64,000 nt of DNA from Alphaproteobacteria bacterium UBA1908. Lineage in GTDB: Bacteria > Pseudomonadota > Alphaproteobacteria > Caedimonadales > UBA1908. The notes beneath the pieces were generated by a model, which was not told the origin of the DNA, did not search any database, and saw only the letters and a list, made by a program, of their open reading frames with translations. This document shows positions 1-9,481 of the stretch, piece after piece. A program made the position numbers and the translations under genes. The DNA lies in assembly GCA_002337525.1 (NCBI GenBank), contig DDGG01000031.1:18923-82922 (forward strand). The letters are read 5' to 3'. Every line of letters begins with the position of its first letter. The stretch's first letter is position 1.

Positions 1-798
1 AACAATGTAAAGGGCCCCCGACACTAAAATAATTGAAGGACCAGAAGGAAGAGTATAATGATATGAAATCAATAGGCCAAAATAGCCTGAAAAAAGAGCA
101 ACAAAAAAAGCCACACTAAAAAGGCCCCAGATTTCACGTGCCCAAAAACGGGCCGCAACAGCCGGTAACATCATCATTCCCAGAGCCATTAAAATACCCA
201 AAGCCTGAAAGGCAGCGACCATATTCAAAACAACCAGCCCCATAAAAAGAACATGATAAAAACTACCATGACCGCCAATTGAACGCATAAATGTTGGGTC
301 AAAACACTCAAGGATCAGGGGACGATACACAATCGCCAGCACGAGAAGACTAATCGTTGTAATAGAAGCAACTAAAACAAGCGAAGCACCGTTAACCCCC
401 AAAATTGTCCCGAAAAGAATATGTGTTAAATCAATATTACTGCCTTTTAATGAGATAATCACCGTCCCTGTAGAAAGTGCAATCAAATAAAAACCAACAA
501 AGCTGGCATCTTCCTGAAGCTGGGTATAACGTGTTACCATTGTTGCCAGAAACGCCACAATCAAACCCGCGACAATTCCCCCAAGCCCCATTACAGGTAA
601 AGACAGGCCTGCAATCAAATAACCAACAGCAACCCCCGGCATAATAGAATGAGACAAGGCATCTCCCATCAGGCTCATGCGTCTTAAAACCAAAAGAACA
701 CCAACAGGGGCACATCCCATAGAAAGGGCGAAACAGGCAACAAGGGCCCGTTTCAGAAATAGATAGGATTCATAAGGCGCTACAAAATAATCATACAT
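1..798 (-). CDS. Metal (Zn/Mn-type) ABC transporter permease, ABC-3 family (ZnuB/MntB-like); 3' end runs off the window
   Basis: Absent from the ORF track because the window edge cuts it. My reverse-strand translation from ATG at 798 gives an open 266-codon frame: MYDYFVAPYESYLFLKRALVACFALSMGCAPVGVLLVLRRMSLMGDALSHSIMPGVAVGY... It is multi-TM and typical of ABC-3 permeases. It starts 3 nt after the stop of the upstream ATPase gene. Confidence 0.85.
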   Translation of the reverse strand, partial: MYDYFVAPYESYLFLKRALVACFALSMGCAPVGVLLVLRRMSLMGDALSHSIMPGVAVGYLIAGLSLPVMGLGGIVAGLIVAFLATMVTRYTQLQEDASFVGFYLIALSTGTVIISLKGSNIDLTHILFGTILGVNGASLVLVASITTISLLVLAIVYRPLILECFDPTFMRSIGGHGSFYHVLFMGLVVLNMVAAFQALGILMALGMMMLPAVAARFWAREIWGLFSVAFFVALFSGYFGLLISYHYTLPSGPSIILVSGALYIV

Positions 799-801
799 GT
801 G

Positions 802-1611
802 TTAGACCTTTTGTTGTCCAGAAGAAACATTGAGTTCTACGTCCTGACACTCTCTATCACGAAAAAGCCGCTTGGCAAGTCGGAAGTTCTCAAGAGTCGC
901 TACTTCAGATGTTTTTCCCCATGCAAGACACTTGTTAACCAATAGAAGAGTCTCGGGGAAAAATTCGCGCACTAAATCCATATCGTGGGAGACAACAACT
1001 ATCGTACGGCCCTGCTTTTGCCAACCCAGAATAATTTGAATCAAATCATCAATGGTATAGGAATCAACAGCCGCAAAGGGCTCATCAAGTAAAATTACAG
1101 GCGCTTGTTGCAAAGATAATCGTGCAAAAAGAACGCGCTGAAATTGTCCACCAGATAAAGTATGCAAAGAACGGTTAAAACAACGGGTCATCCCCACTTC
1201 TTTTAAAGCCCTTGCAATTCTTTTGTATGATCGAAGCCCAATTCGGCGAAAGAAGCCTTCCTGATAACAAAGACCCAGCCCGACAACATCACCGACCGTC
1301 AAAGGAAAAAGACGATCAATTTCAGATTGCTGAGGCAAATAAGCGATATCACGGTGGTTAAAGTGATCACAGATAATTTTACCCGACTCTGTAGGTACCA
1401 GGCCCAAAACAGCTTTTAAAAGAGTACTTTTGCCCCCTCCATTTGGCCCCACAACAGCTGTCAGGCTCCCGGGTTGAAATGATCCCGAGATATCCTGAAG
1501 AGCAACGCGACGGCGATAACTCACAGAAATCCGGTCAAGTGTTAAAGCCCCATGAGGACCAGGAATATTTGACTCTTTTAATAAAGAAGATTTTTTCTGA
1601 AAACCAGACAT
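802..1611 (-). CDS. Metal ABC transporter ATP-binding protein (ZnuC-like)
   Basis: 269 aa. Walker A GPNGGGKST, ABC signature LSGGQFQRVLFARL, Walker B ILLDEPFAAVD. Directly followed by the ABC-3 permease. Confidence 0.9.
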   Translation of the reverse strand: MSGFQKKSSLLKESNIPGPHGALTLDRISVSYRRRVALQDISGSFQPGSLTAVVGPNGGGKSTLLKAVLGLVPTESGKIICDHFNHRDIAYLPQQSEIDRLFPLTVGDVVGLGLCYQEGFFRRIGLRSYKRIARALKEVGMTRCFNRSLHTLSGGQFQRVLFARLSLQQAPVILLDEPFAAVDSYTIDDLIQIILGWQKQGRTIVVVSHDMDLVREFFPETLLLVNKCLAWGKTSEVATLENFRLAKRLFRDRECQDVELNVSSGQQKV

Positions 1612-1836
1612 AACTTTTTAGAGAACCCAGAAAACGGACAGCCATAACCCCGCAATCATAACAAGTGCGATCAACGTACGCTCAATCCAGCCCCAAAGCA
1701 GCGGTGACACAAGAATTCCTTATAAAAAATAACATATTGAATTATCATCTTTTAAAGAAAGCCTGTCAATTCATATGTCATTTATTTCCTTATAGAAAAG
1801 GCATTTAAGCTCTTTTCCAATTTAAAGACAATGCTG

Positions 1837-2361
1837 TCATTTATCTATTTGGAATTCATCAAAAGAAATAGAATCTTCCGTTAAAGTCAGATATTCACAT
1901 CCAGAGCTATAGGGTAGTGAAAATAGAAGCTTGCTGCTCTCTGCAGCATTATAAAATTTAAATATATAGCCTTTCAGTGTCCCCTCGCAGGAACGGAAGT
2001 TGTATGTATCACCTGTTTTCAAAGTAATATCAGTAACGTCTGTTCCCCTTGAAAGATGAAAATGGACAGGATAAGAACGCTGGTTTCTAAAAACTATTTT
2101 ACAAGTTTCCTGAACAGTCTTTTCAGAGTCAAGCTTTAAAACAGCCTCGCCCCCCTCTTCTAACCCAAAGGAATCATCATCCTCTGAACCTTGTGTCAAA
2201 GCCAAAGCCACTCTGCAGAAATCTTCATCATCCCAGTTCTCAAACTCCGAATCAGACGCCATCACAGTTCCCGAGAGAAGCAAACAACATAATATTAATT
2301 GTCCCCAATAAACCATCCTTCTATCAACTCCTCCTGTTAAAGTAATTTTAGCAAAGAACAT
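1837..2361 (-). CDS. Hypothetical secreted protein
   Basis: 174-aa ORF. Internal Met16 (nt 2316) begins a signal-peptide-like MVYWGQLILCCLLLSGTVMA/SD, so the start is ambiguous. Acidic N-terminal region and several Cys. No family recognised. Confidence 0.5.
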   Translation of the reverse strand: MFFAKITLTGGVDRRMVYWGQLILCCLLLSGTVMASDSEFENWDDEDFCRVALALTQGSEDDDSFGLEEGGEAVLKLDSEKTVQETCKIVFRNQRSYPVHFHLSRGTDVTDITLKTGDTYNFRSCEGTLKGYIFKFYNAAESSKLLFSLPYSSGCEYLTLTEDSISFDEFQIDK

Positions 2362-2537
2362 TTATATTTTTTGCTCTATCAATATTCAATGATAATAAAG
2401 GTTTTAGCATACCTTTTTTTAATCAGCACCATCATAAGGTTTTCTATCTTTAAAAAGAAGCTTGAATTTTATCAACAGTGAGTGTTATTTTGTTTATAAA
2501 TTTTTAACAATTTAGGGCTCTTGAAGAGACAAAATAA

Positions 2538-2738
2538 ATGGATACTCAAGAGATTCTCCGGCAGCAACTTGACCGACTTGAACATGAACATCATGATCTG
2601 GATGCCATGATTGAGAAAATGTTGCGGGATACAACTGTTAATCAGATCGCGGTTCAGCGTCTTAAAAAAAGGAAGCTGATGATTAAGGATCATATTTCCC
2701 AAATCCACAGCAAAATCTTGCCGGACATTATTGCCTAG
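2538..2738 (+). CDS. DUF465 (YdcH-like) small protein
   Basis: 66 aa. LDRLEHEHHDLDAMIEKM...LKKRKLMIKDHISQI matches the DUF465 pattern (eH..LD..I ... LKKrKL.lKDeI). Confidence 0.8.
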   Translation: MDTQEILRQQLDRLEHEHHDLDAMIEKMLRDTTVNQIAVQRLKKRKLMIKDHISQIHSKILPDIIA

Positions 2739-2835
2739 CCCTTCATCCGTTTTTCAAAACGCCTCGGTAGAAGTCTTGACCTGCTTTTTCAATCTGTGTA
2801 GGACATAAGACAATAGAAAATCCAAGGAGTAAAAA

Positions 2836-4644
2836 ATGTTGGCAAGGTTCTTTTTAGCTCTAGCGCTTTTTTTCACGCCCCTCATCTCTCCCTTAAATGC
2901 CAAACAACATGCCCTTTCAATGCACGGTGATCTTAAATATAAAGAGGGAGAGCCTTTTTCCAACACTAACATGAACGCTCCTAAAGGAGGTCATATCCGA
3001 TTTGGAGTCGTTGGAACCTTTGATTCGACAAACCCCTTTATTACCAAGGGAACGTCTCCTGCCGGACTTAGTCTTTTTTCTGAACAGCTGGTTTTTGAAG
3101 GACTAATGAAACGATCACCCGATGAACCTTTTTCACTTTATGGGCTTCTGGCTCAATACGTTAAAGTTGCCCCCGACCGGTCCTCTATCACTTTTTATCT
3201 TAACCCCAAGGCACAGTGGTCAGATGGCAAGCCTGTTCTAGCCAAAGATGTAAAATTCACCTATGAAACCTTCAGGGAAAAAGGGCGCCCTAATATGCGG
3301 CTCTATTACAGTCGTGTTTCGTCTTGTGAAATCATCGATCCTCGAACGATCAAGTTTACTTTCAAAAAAGATCCCCAAAAAGGGTATGACCCGGAACAGC
3401 CTCTTCTAATGGCCCTAATGCGGGTTATTCCTGAACATATTTACGGAGGGCGAGATTTTGAGAAAGTTTCCCTGGATGCTATCGTAGCCAGTGGCCCTTA
3501 CAAAATCAAGTCTTTAAAACCCGGTCATTCTATTGTCTATGAAAAACGAGAAGACTATTGGGCAAAAGACCTGCCTGTCACACAAGGAGAATTCAATTTC
3601 CAGACAGTGTCTTTTGATTACTACAGGGACAGCAAAGTTGCCTATGAAGCTTTCAAAGCAGGAGAATATGATATTTATCGTAAGGTGACACCATCAAGTT
3701 GGGCCTCGGAAAGGCCTTATCCAGCCCTCAGGAAAGGCCTTGTGAAACAGGTGGAATGGTCACATAATATGCCTGTCGGCTTTCAGGGACTCGTCATGAA
3801 TACACGCCGCACACTTTTCAAGGATCGACGTGTCAGAGAAGCCCTTTCCTATGCTTTTGACTTTGAAACTCTCAACAAGACCTTGTTTCATAACAGCTTT
3901 ACGCGAAGTACCAGTTACTTTCCAAATACGTCTCTGGCTTCAACCGGGCTCCCAACAAAAGAAGAGCTAGAGCTTCTAACGCCCTTTAAAGAAACTCTTC
4001 CCCGGGAAGTTTTTGAAAAAGAATTTACAGTTCCTGAAACATCGGGGCATGGCAAAGACCGCCAAAATCTTCAAAAAGCACGTTCTTTACTTAGGGAGGC
4101 TGGCTGGGAAATTCAAAAAGGCCGCCTTGTTCATAAAAAAACCAAGGAACTTTTCAAATTTGAAATTCTGCTTTTCAACCCGGAACACCTGAAGTTTGCT
4201 TCCAGCTTTGAACAGAACCTTAAATCTCTGGGTATTGAAGTTAGCCTGAGAAACGTTGACACAGCACATTATGAAAATCGTCGACTGACCTATGATTATG
4301 ACATGATTGTTCAAACTTGGGGCCACTCACTCTCTCCTGGCAATGAACAGCTCTACTACTGGAGTTCCGGAGCAGGTAAAGAACCTGGAAGCCGAAACTA
4401 TTCTGGCATTGATAGCCCTGCGGTCGATGCATTATGCGATGCTATCACAAGGGCAAAAAACCGTGAAGAACTTGAAACAGCACTGCATGCCCTTGATCGT
4501 GTCCTTTTATGGGGGCATTATGTCATCCCTCTTTTCCACACAAACAAGATACGTCTGGCGTACTGGGACAAGTTCGGGTATCCTGAAATAGATTCAAGGG
4601 TTGGTGTTCGTTTCACAACCTGGTGGTCCAAAGAAAAGAACTAG
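2836..4644 (+). CDS. ABC transporter substrate-binding protein, family 5 (YejA/peptide-type), no cognate permease or ATPase adjacent
   Basis: 602 aa. Signal peptide MLARFFLALALFFTPLISPLNA. ALSMHGDLKY near the N-terminus and the overall length fit YejA-like SBP_bac_5 proteins. Confidence 0.85.
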   Translation: MLARFFLALALFFTPLISPLNAKQHALSMHGDLKYKEGEPFSNTNMNAPKGGHIRFGVVGTFDSTNPFITKGTSPAGLSLFSEQLVFEGLMKRSPDEPFSLYGLLAQYVKVAPDRSSITFYLNPKAQWSDGKPVLAKDVKFTYETFREKGRPNMRLYYSRVSSCEIIDPRTIKFTFKKDPQKGYDPEQPLLMALMRVIPEHIYGGRDFEKVSLDAIVASGPYKIKSLKPGHSIVYEKREDYWAKDLPVTQGEFNFQTVSFDYYRDSKVAYEAFKAGEYDIYRKVTPSSWASERPYPALRKGLVKQVEWSHNMPVGFQGLVMNTRRTLFKDRRVREALSYAFDFETLNKTLFHNSFTRSTSYFPNTSLASTGLPTKEELELLTPFKETLPREVFEKEFTVPETSGHGKDRQNLQKARSLLREAGWEIQKGRLVHKKTKELFKFEILLFNPEHLKFASSFEQNLKSLGIEVSLRNVDTAHYENRRLTYDYDMIVQTWGHSLSPGNEQLYYWSSGAGKEPGSRNYSGIDSPAVDALCDAITRAKNREELETALHALDRVLLWGHYVIPLFHTNKIRLAYWDKFGYPEIDSRVGVRFTTWWSKEKN

Positions 4645-4779
4645 GGAACTTCACGATTATGATACATCGATTGGCAGGGGTAAAGTCTACCGAAAGCAAG
4701 GGTGATAGAACCCTTACTGAGAAGATCTCCAAACCTTGCAAAACAGTGAAGCAGGTTCCCTACCCAATAAGAGGTTATT

Positions 4780-5571
4780 ATGTCATCGTCTAAGAAACAG
4801 CACCCTTTTCATATTGTTGATCCAAGCCCGTGGCCCTTTGTCACATCCCTTGCAATACTCGTTTTAGCCATTGGCTCTATTTTATTTATGAAACAGCAAG
4901 GACAACTTGTTTTCTATGCAGGGCTTGTTTCCGTTCTTGTTTGTATGACATTTTGGTGGCGAGACGTCATTCACGAAGCAAAAACAGATCATAATAAAAC
5001 AATCCATATTGGTTTTCGATACAGCATGGCCCTGTTTATTTTGTCAGAAGTTGCCTTTTTTGCCGCCTTTTTCTGGGCCTATTTTGATGCAGCACTTATT
5101 CCAAGAGAGGCAAGTGGCTTTGTTTGGCCTCCAAAAGGTATTGAAACTCTGGATCCTTTTGATTTGCCTTATTTGAACACTTTGATCCTCCTTTTGTCGG
5201 GAACGACCGTTACCTGGGCGCATCACGCGATTGTTGAAGGTGATATCAAAACCATGATTCGCCAAACAGGTTTAACAGTTGCCCTGGGTGTCATTTTTCT
5301 AGGTGTTCAGATTTTTGAATATACACATACTGGCTTTGCCTTTAAGGATGGGATCTATCCTTCTGTCTTTTATATGGCGACGGGGTTTCACGGATTTCAC
5401 GTTTTTATTGGTGTTGTTTTCCTGACTGTCTGCCTTTTCAGGGCCCGTGCCGGACATTTTAAATCAGATGACCATTTTGGATTTGAAGCAGCCGCCTGGT
5501 ACTGGCACTTTGTCGATGTGGTCTGGCTTTTCCTTTTCGTGAGTATTTATTGGTGGGGCGCGTCTTCATGA
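4780..5571 (+). CDS. ctaE: Cytochrome c oxidase subunit III
   Basis: 263 aa. Classic HPFHIVDPSPWP N-terminus, 7-TM pattern, and C-terminal FEAAAWYWHFVDVVWLFLF motif. Confidence 0.95.
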   Translation: MSSSKKQHPFHIVDPSPWPFVTSLAILVLAIGSILFMKQQGQLVFYAGLVSVLVCMTFWWRDVIHEAKTDHNKTIHIGFRYSMALFILSEVAFFAAFFWAYFDAALIPREASGFVWPPKGIETLDPFDLPYLNTLILLLSGTTVTWAHHAIVEGDIKTMIRQTGLTVALGVIFLGVQIFEYTHTGFAFKDGIYPSVFYMATGFHGFHVFIGVVFLTVCLFRARAGHFKSDDHFGFEAAAWYWHFVDVVWLFLFVSIYWWGASS

Positions 5572-6353
5572 CGCTCCAAACCTTTTTTAAAAAATTCAGT
5601 TGGTCGACCCTGGTTGTTGTTTTTGGAGTTGCTTTTTTTACGGGCCTCGGGAGCTGGCAACTCAAACGCCTTTCCTGGAAAGAAAATCTGATTCAAACTG
5701 TTGAGACACGCCTTCAAGGCCCACGCCTTCCCTTGGAAGAATTCCTTGAAAAATACACCTCTTTTACAACTCATGAATACGAGAAATTGACTCTTGAAGG
5801 ACAATATCTTCATGATCAGGAAACCTATCTTTTAGGGCGCACCAATGGAGGCCAGGTTGTTTATCACGTCGTTACTCCCTTCTTACTAGAGTCTGGTACT
5901 GTCATTTTAGTGGATAGAGGATGGATTCCTGCAAAAGTGTCATCCAGTGATCCCGATATTACACGCCCGAAAGGGACTCTGATAGAACAAGGACATATGC
6001 GCCTTAAATCTTCTCGTAATCTCTTTACCCCGGATAATAATTACGAGAAAGGTAATCTTTATTCGATAGAACCAAAAGAGTATGCTCGAGAAAAATCCAT
6101 GACGACACTTCTCCCCTTTTATGTTGTCCGCGAGAGCACGAATGATACAAATTCTTTCCCGCGTGCCAGGAAAACCGCACTACCAGAAATGCATAATAAC
6201 CATCTACAATACGCGCTCACATGGTATTTTATGGCCTTTGTGCTTATTGTGATGTATCTCGTTCTCCTAAAAAAGAAGATGCATTCTGAAGAGCGCTCAC
6301 CCGGTAAAAGTTCTTCCAGGCCAAAAAAGAATAAAAGTGCTTTGAAAAAATAA
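5568..6353 (+). CDS. SURF1 family cytochrome oxidase biogenesis protein
   Basis: ATG at 5568 overlaps the ctaE stop (ATGA). N-terminal TM followed by GSWQLKRLSWKENL, internal VDRGWIP, and a C-terminal TM with HLQYALTWYFMAF are SURF1 hallmarks. The track ORF begins at an upstream TTG (5550). Confidence 0.85.
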   Translation: MTLQTFFKKFSWSTLVVVFGVAFFTGLGSWQLKRLSWKENLIQTVETRLQGPRLPLEEFLEKYTSFTTHEYEKLTLEGQYLHDQETYLLGRTNGGQVVYHVVTPFLLESGTVILVDRGWIPAKVSSSDPDITRPKGTLIEQGHMRLKSSRNLFTPDNNYEKGNLYSIEPKEYAREKSMTTLLPFYVVRESTNDTNSFPRARKTALPEMHNNHLQYALTWYFMAFVLIVMYLVLLKKKMHSEERSPGKSSSRPKKNKSALKK

Positions 6354-6440
6354 AAAAACGATGAGGGAACAAAAAAATGTATCAGTGTCCTCACTATGAG
6401 GAGAACACTGATGTACGGATTAGAGAAAAGGTGGCTTTAA

Positions 6441-7007
6441 TTAATAAACCGCCTTATAACCTTCATGTTGGGCATATTCTTTAACTTTTTCTTTAGCCAC
6501 TTTAAGATCAACATTTGTCTGTAATGGATTAAGAGACAAACACTGTTGAGTAACAAGTGGAACATTGACACTTTTCGGGATAGGTCCATATTTATGCTTT
6601 GCTAAACCTTCACATACTTTTTGTTGGGTTGCCATAATATCATTCACTATCGGAACAAAGTAGGGAATAATTTCCACATGTTTATTCGCAGATTCAGTAT
6701 AAAAAGACTTGGAGTGTCCGCTTGAAATCTGTTGTATAAGGCTTTTTAAATTATTAACTCTATTTTTCATTGATGTTGCGGAAAGAGATTTTTCTGATGA
6801 TTTCTTTGATAATACCGCAACCAGGATAGAAGATGTCATACCAGGATATTTAACCAGGTTATTCCAAAAGTGAGCCATTTTATCAACAGTGCTCTGTAAG
6901 GACTCCAACTCTTTTTTTTCTTTCTCGGGCATTGTATGTAAATTCAAAAAAGCGTTAGCAGACCCCACAGTAAAAATTAGATAAAAGGCAACGAAGATTT
7001 TTTTCAT
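6441..7007 (-). CDS. Hypothetical secreted protein
   Basis: 188 aa. Signal peptide MKKIFVAFYLIFTVGSANA. Lys/Ser-rich and probably helical. AT-rich gene. No family recognised. Confidence 0.5.
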   Translation of the reverse strand: MKKIFVAFYLIFTVGSANAFLNLHTMPEKEKKELESLQSTVDKMAHFWNNLVKYPGMTSSILVAVLSKKSSEKSLSATSMKNRVNNLKSLIQQISSGHSKSFYTESANKHVEIIPYFVPIVNDIMATQQKVCEGLAKHKYGPIPKSVNVPLVTQQCLSLNPLQTNVDLKVAKEKVKEYAQHEGYKAVY

Positions 7008-7317
7008 ATTTGTTCTCCTGAATATACGTTACCTATATAAATTATCATTCTATTATTAACATTCTATAAAGAACTGAAAACAATTTGATTTCAAATGCTT
7101 AAAAACCCTATTCTTTTGATAAGAGGTGGGGTATAGTCATCTTTGCCTTGATAATAAGGTTTAGGGGAGACTATTTTGGAAGATCTTACAAAAAAATATC
7201 TGTCACTTTGGGAAGATATGATCTCGGCTACACTTCTTAATCCAGAGCTTCAAAAGAAAATGTACGAGCTCTCGACTGAAACGTTTGACTATTTCCAGAA
7301 ACAAGCCTCTCAATCAG

Positions 7318-8538
7318 ATGAGCCCACAGAATAAAAAAACTTTTCTCCAGGGCCGCCTTAGCCCTCTGCTTCTCGCTTTTCACAGCTCGTTAAACGCGTT
7401 CAAAGCGTCTTTGAGCTTGGTAAACCTTACAATATTATCTGATTATCAGAATTCACTGTCCTGTGAACAAACGCTTTCTTTATGGGACAAGCATCTGGAC
7501 ATTTACAAAAATACAATCACGCAAACCTTTGAAAGTCAGCGCCTTTTCCTGAAAGGCGTTCAGGTCTATGAAACAGCACCGCGTTCTTTAACACCTAAAA
7601 TGCCACCCCCTCTCTGGACAAAAGGATCCGCAGGACTTTTTGATTTTGGCGTAAAATATTCCGTCACAAAAAGAGCGGTACCAGTTCTTTTTATTCCCTC
7701 TCTGATTAATAGGTCCTATATTTTTGACCTTTATGAAGAAAAGGGATTCTTCGCATTTCTGGCACGTCACAACATTCGGCCTTATCTTTTTGACTGGGGA
7801 GATCAGGAAAAGGACAAACAAACATTATCTCTTGAAAACTATCTAAAGAACCGCCTTCTGCCTGCCTTACACTTCCTGGTACAGCACACGAAAAAACCTG
7901 TCCATATTGCAGGGTATTGTATGGGGGGTCTTTTTGCAACGGCGCTAAGATCACTGGCACCTGGTTTGGCGCGTTCCCTGTCTCTTTTTGCAACCCCGTG
8001 GGATTTCCATCAAGGTAATGCCACTCCACTTATGATGCAAAATATTGCGGATTGGATCAAGGGGACCTTACCAAAAGATCAAAGAATCCCGGGAGACTTT
8101 TTACAACTTTTTTTTCATGCCCTGTCACCTTTTTCAATACAAAAGAAATTTCAGGATCTTGGCCTTTGCCATCAGAAAAAATCTCTTTTACCGCCATCCT
8201 ATATCGCTCTGGAAGACTGGTTAAACGATACAGTGTCATTATCATCTCATGTTTTTCACGAATGTTGCACAAAATGGTATCAGCAAAATGAGCCCTATCA
8301 TCGGGAAATTGTTGCCGGAGTCAATCTTCAAAAAGAAAAAACCTCTTCCCCGGCGTATCTCGTCACCCCCACAAAAGACCGTCTTGTCCCGCTAAAAGCC
8401 GCACAAGGCATTCTATCTTTGATGCCCCACGCTGATGTATTGGCACCCCCAACAGGACATGTGGGTATTTTTGGGTCGCGCAGAGCGTCAGAAATGGTTT
8501 GGCAACCCTATTGTGCCTGGTTAAAACACCTTCATTAA
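7318..8538 (+). CDS. phaC: Class III-type poly(3-hydroxyalkanoate) synthase catalytic subunit (PhaC-like alpha/beta hydrolase)
   Basis: Blocks PVLFIPSLINRSYIFDL, YLFDWGD, lipase-box-like GYCMGG, ATPWDF and C-terminal PTGHVGIF are collinear with class III PhaC as I recall it (PLLIV..LVNRPYM.D, YLIDWGY, GICQGG, TPVDF, GGHIGIY). Start set at ATG 7318; the track uses TTG 7285. Confidence 0.7.
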   Translation: MSPQNKKTFLQGRLSPLLLAFHSSLNAFKASLSLVNLTILSDYQNSLSCEQTLSLWDKHLDIYKNTITQTFESQRLFLKGVQVYETAPRSLTPKMPPPLWTKGSAGLFDFGVKYSVTKRAVPVLFIPSLINRSYIFDLYEEKGFFAFLARHNIRPYLFDWGDQEKDKQTLSLENYLKNRLLPALHFLVQHTKKPVHIAGYCMGGLFATALRSLAPGLARSLSLFATPWDFHQGNATPLMMQNIADWIKGTLPKDQRIPGDFLQLFFHALSPFSIQKKFQDLGLCHQKKSLLPPSYIALEDWLNDTVSLSSHVFHECCTKWYQQNEPYHREIVAGVNLQKEKTSSPAYLVTPTKDRLVPLKAAQGILSLMPHADVLAPPTGHVGIFGSRRASEMVWQPYCAWLKHLH

Positions 8539-8566
8539 GTAAACTGAGAGAAAAAGGAGAAAAAAA

Positions 8567-9295
8567 ATGGACAGAAAAAAAGTTGCCCTTGTCACAGGCG
8601 GGACTCGGGGAATTGGAGAAGCAATCTCAAGAGCATTGAAAGATGCCGATTATGAAGTTGCAGCAACTTATCACGGTAATACACAGGCTGCCGAAGTTTT
8701 TGAAAAACAAACTCGTGTCCGAACTTATAAATGGGACGTTGCCGATTATGACGCCTGCCAAAAAGGGATTGCACAAGTGTCGAATGATCTTGGTCCTGTT
8801 GATATTCTTGTGAACAACGCAGGTATTACGCGCGATGGCATGTTCCACAAGCTTTCTCCAGATCAATGGCACGCCGTTATTAATACAAATCTGACATCCT
8901 GCTTTAATATGACACAGGCGGTTCTGTCCGGGATGCGTGAACGTGGATTCGGCCGTATCATCAATATTTCCTCGATCAATGGTCAAAAGGGTCAGATGGG
9001 TCAAACAAATTATGCTGCCGCCAAAGCGGGTCTTATTGGTTTTTCAAAAGCTTTGGCTCTTGAAACTGCGGCCAAGGGTATTACAGTCAATGTCATCGCA
9101 CCAGGTTACATCGAGACAGATATGGTACGCCAGGTAAATCCCGAAGTCCTGCAGCGAATTATTTCGGGAATTCCGGTGGGGCGCCTTGGAAGTCCCGAAG
9201 AAATTGCGCGCGCTGTTTTATTTCTTTCCAGCGATCAGGGTGGCTTTATGACGGGATCAACTCTGTCTATCAATGGCGGGCAATATATGGCCTGA
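8567..9295 (+). CDS. phaB: Acetoacetyl-CoA reductase (SDR family)
   Basis: 242 aa. VTGGTRGIGEAI cofactor motif, NNAGITRD, and NISSINGQKGQMGQTNYAAAKAG closely match PhaB (NGQKGQFGQTNYSTAKAG). Adjacent to phaC. Confidence 0.85.
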   Translation: MDRKKVALVTGGTRGIGEAISRALKDADYEVAATYHGNTQAAEVFEKQTRVRTYKWDVADYDACQKGIAQVSNDLGPVDILVNNAGITRDGMFHKLSPDQWHAVINTNLTSCFNMTQAVLSGMRERGFGRIINISSINGQKGQMGQTNYAAAKAGLIGFSKALALETAAKGITVNVIAPGYIETDMVRQVNPEVLQRIISGIPVGRLGSPEEIARAVLFLSSDQGGFMTGSTLSINGGQYMA

Positions 9296-9481
9296 TTCGT
9301 GATAACTGGAAAAAAATAGAACACACCCAATTTTTTCCAGTTAGTCTATTGACTTAACAACAGGACAAGTGCTTTTTGGGGAACAGGTATTAAAAGGCTT
9401 TTCGATGTGCCAGAAGAGTTCAGGCTTCTTTGCGACGAAAGGCCATGTTATGCTTGTCAACCAAGAGGAGAAGCTGAAGGA

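Noticed and set aside
437-715. 92-aa Cys/Trp-rich ORF from the track
   Set aside because: It is an alternative frame on the same strand inside the ABC-3 permease gene. The permease frame is open across 1-798 and has clear family similarity. The odd composition fits an off-frame artefact.
1729-1749. Zur/Fur-type operator upstream of the metal ABC operon
   Set aside because: Only one ATAACAT/ATGTTAT-like half-site and GATAAT-like hexamers are present, and the dyad is imperfect. That is too weak to call as a feature without a genome-specific motif model.
8592-9137. ORFs overlapping phaB on either strand (8592-8774, 8627-9004, 8937-9137)
   Set aside because: The phaB frame closely matches acetoacetyl-CoA reductase throughout, so these are shadow ORFs.
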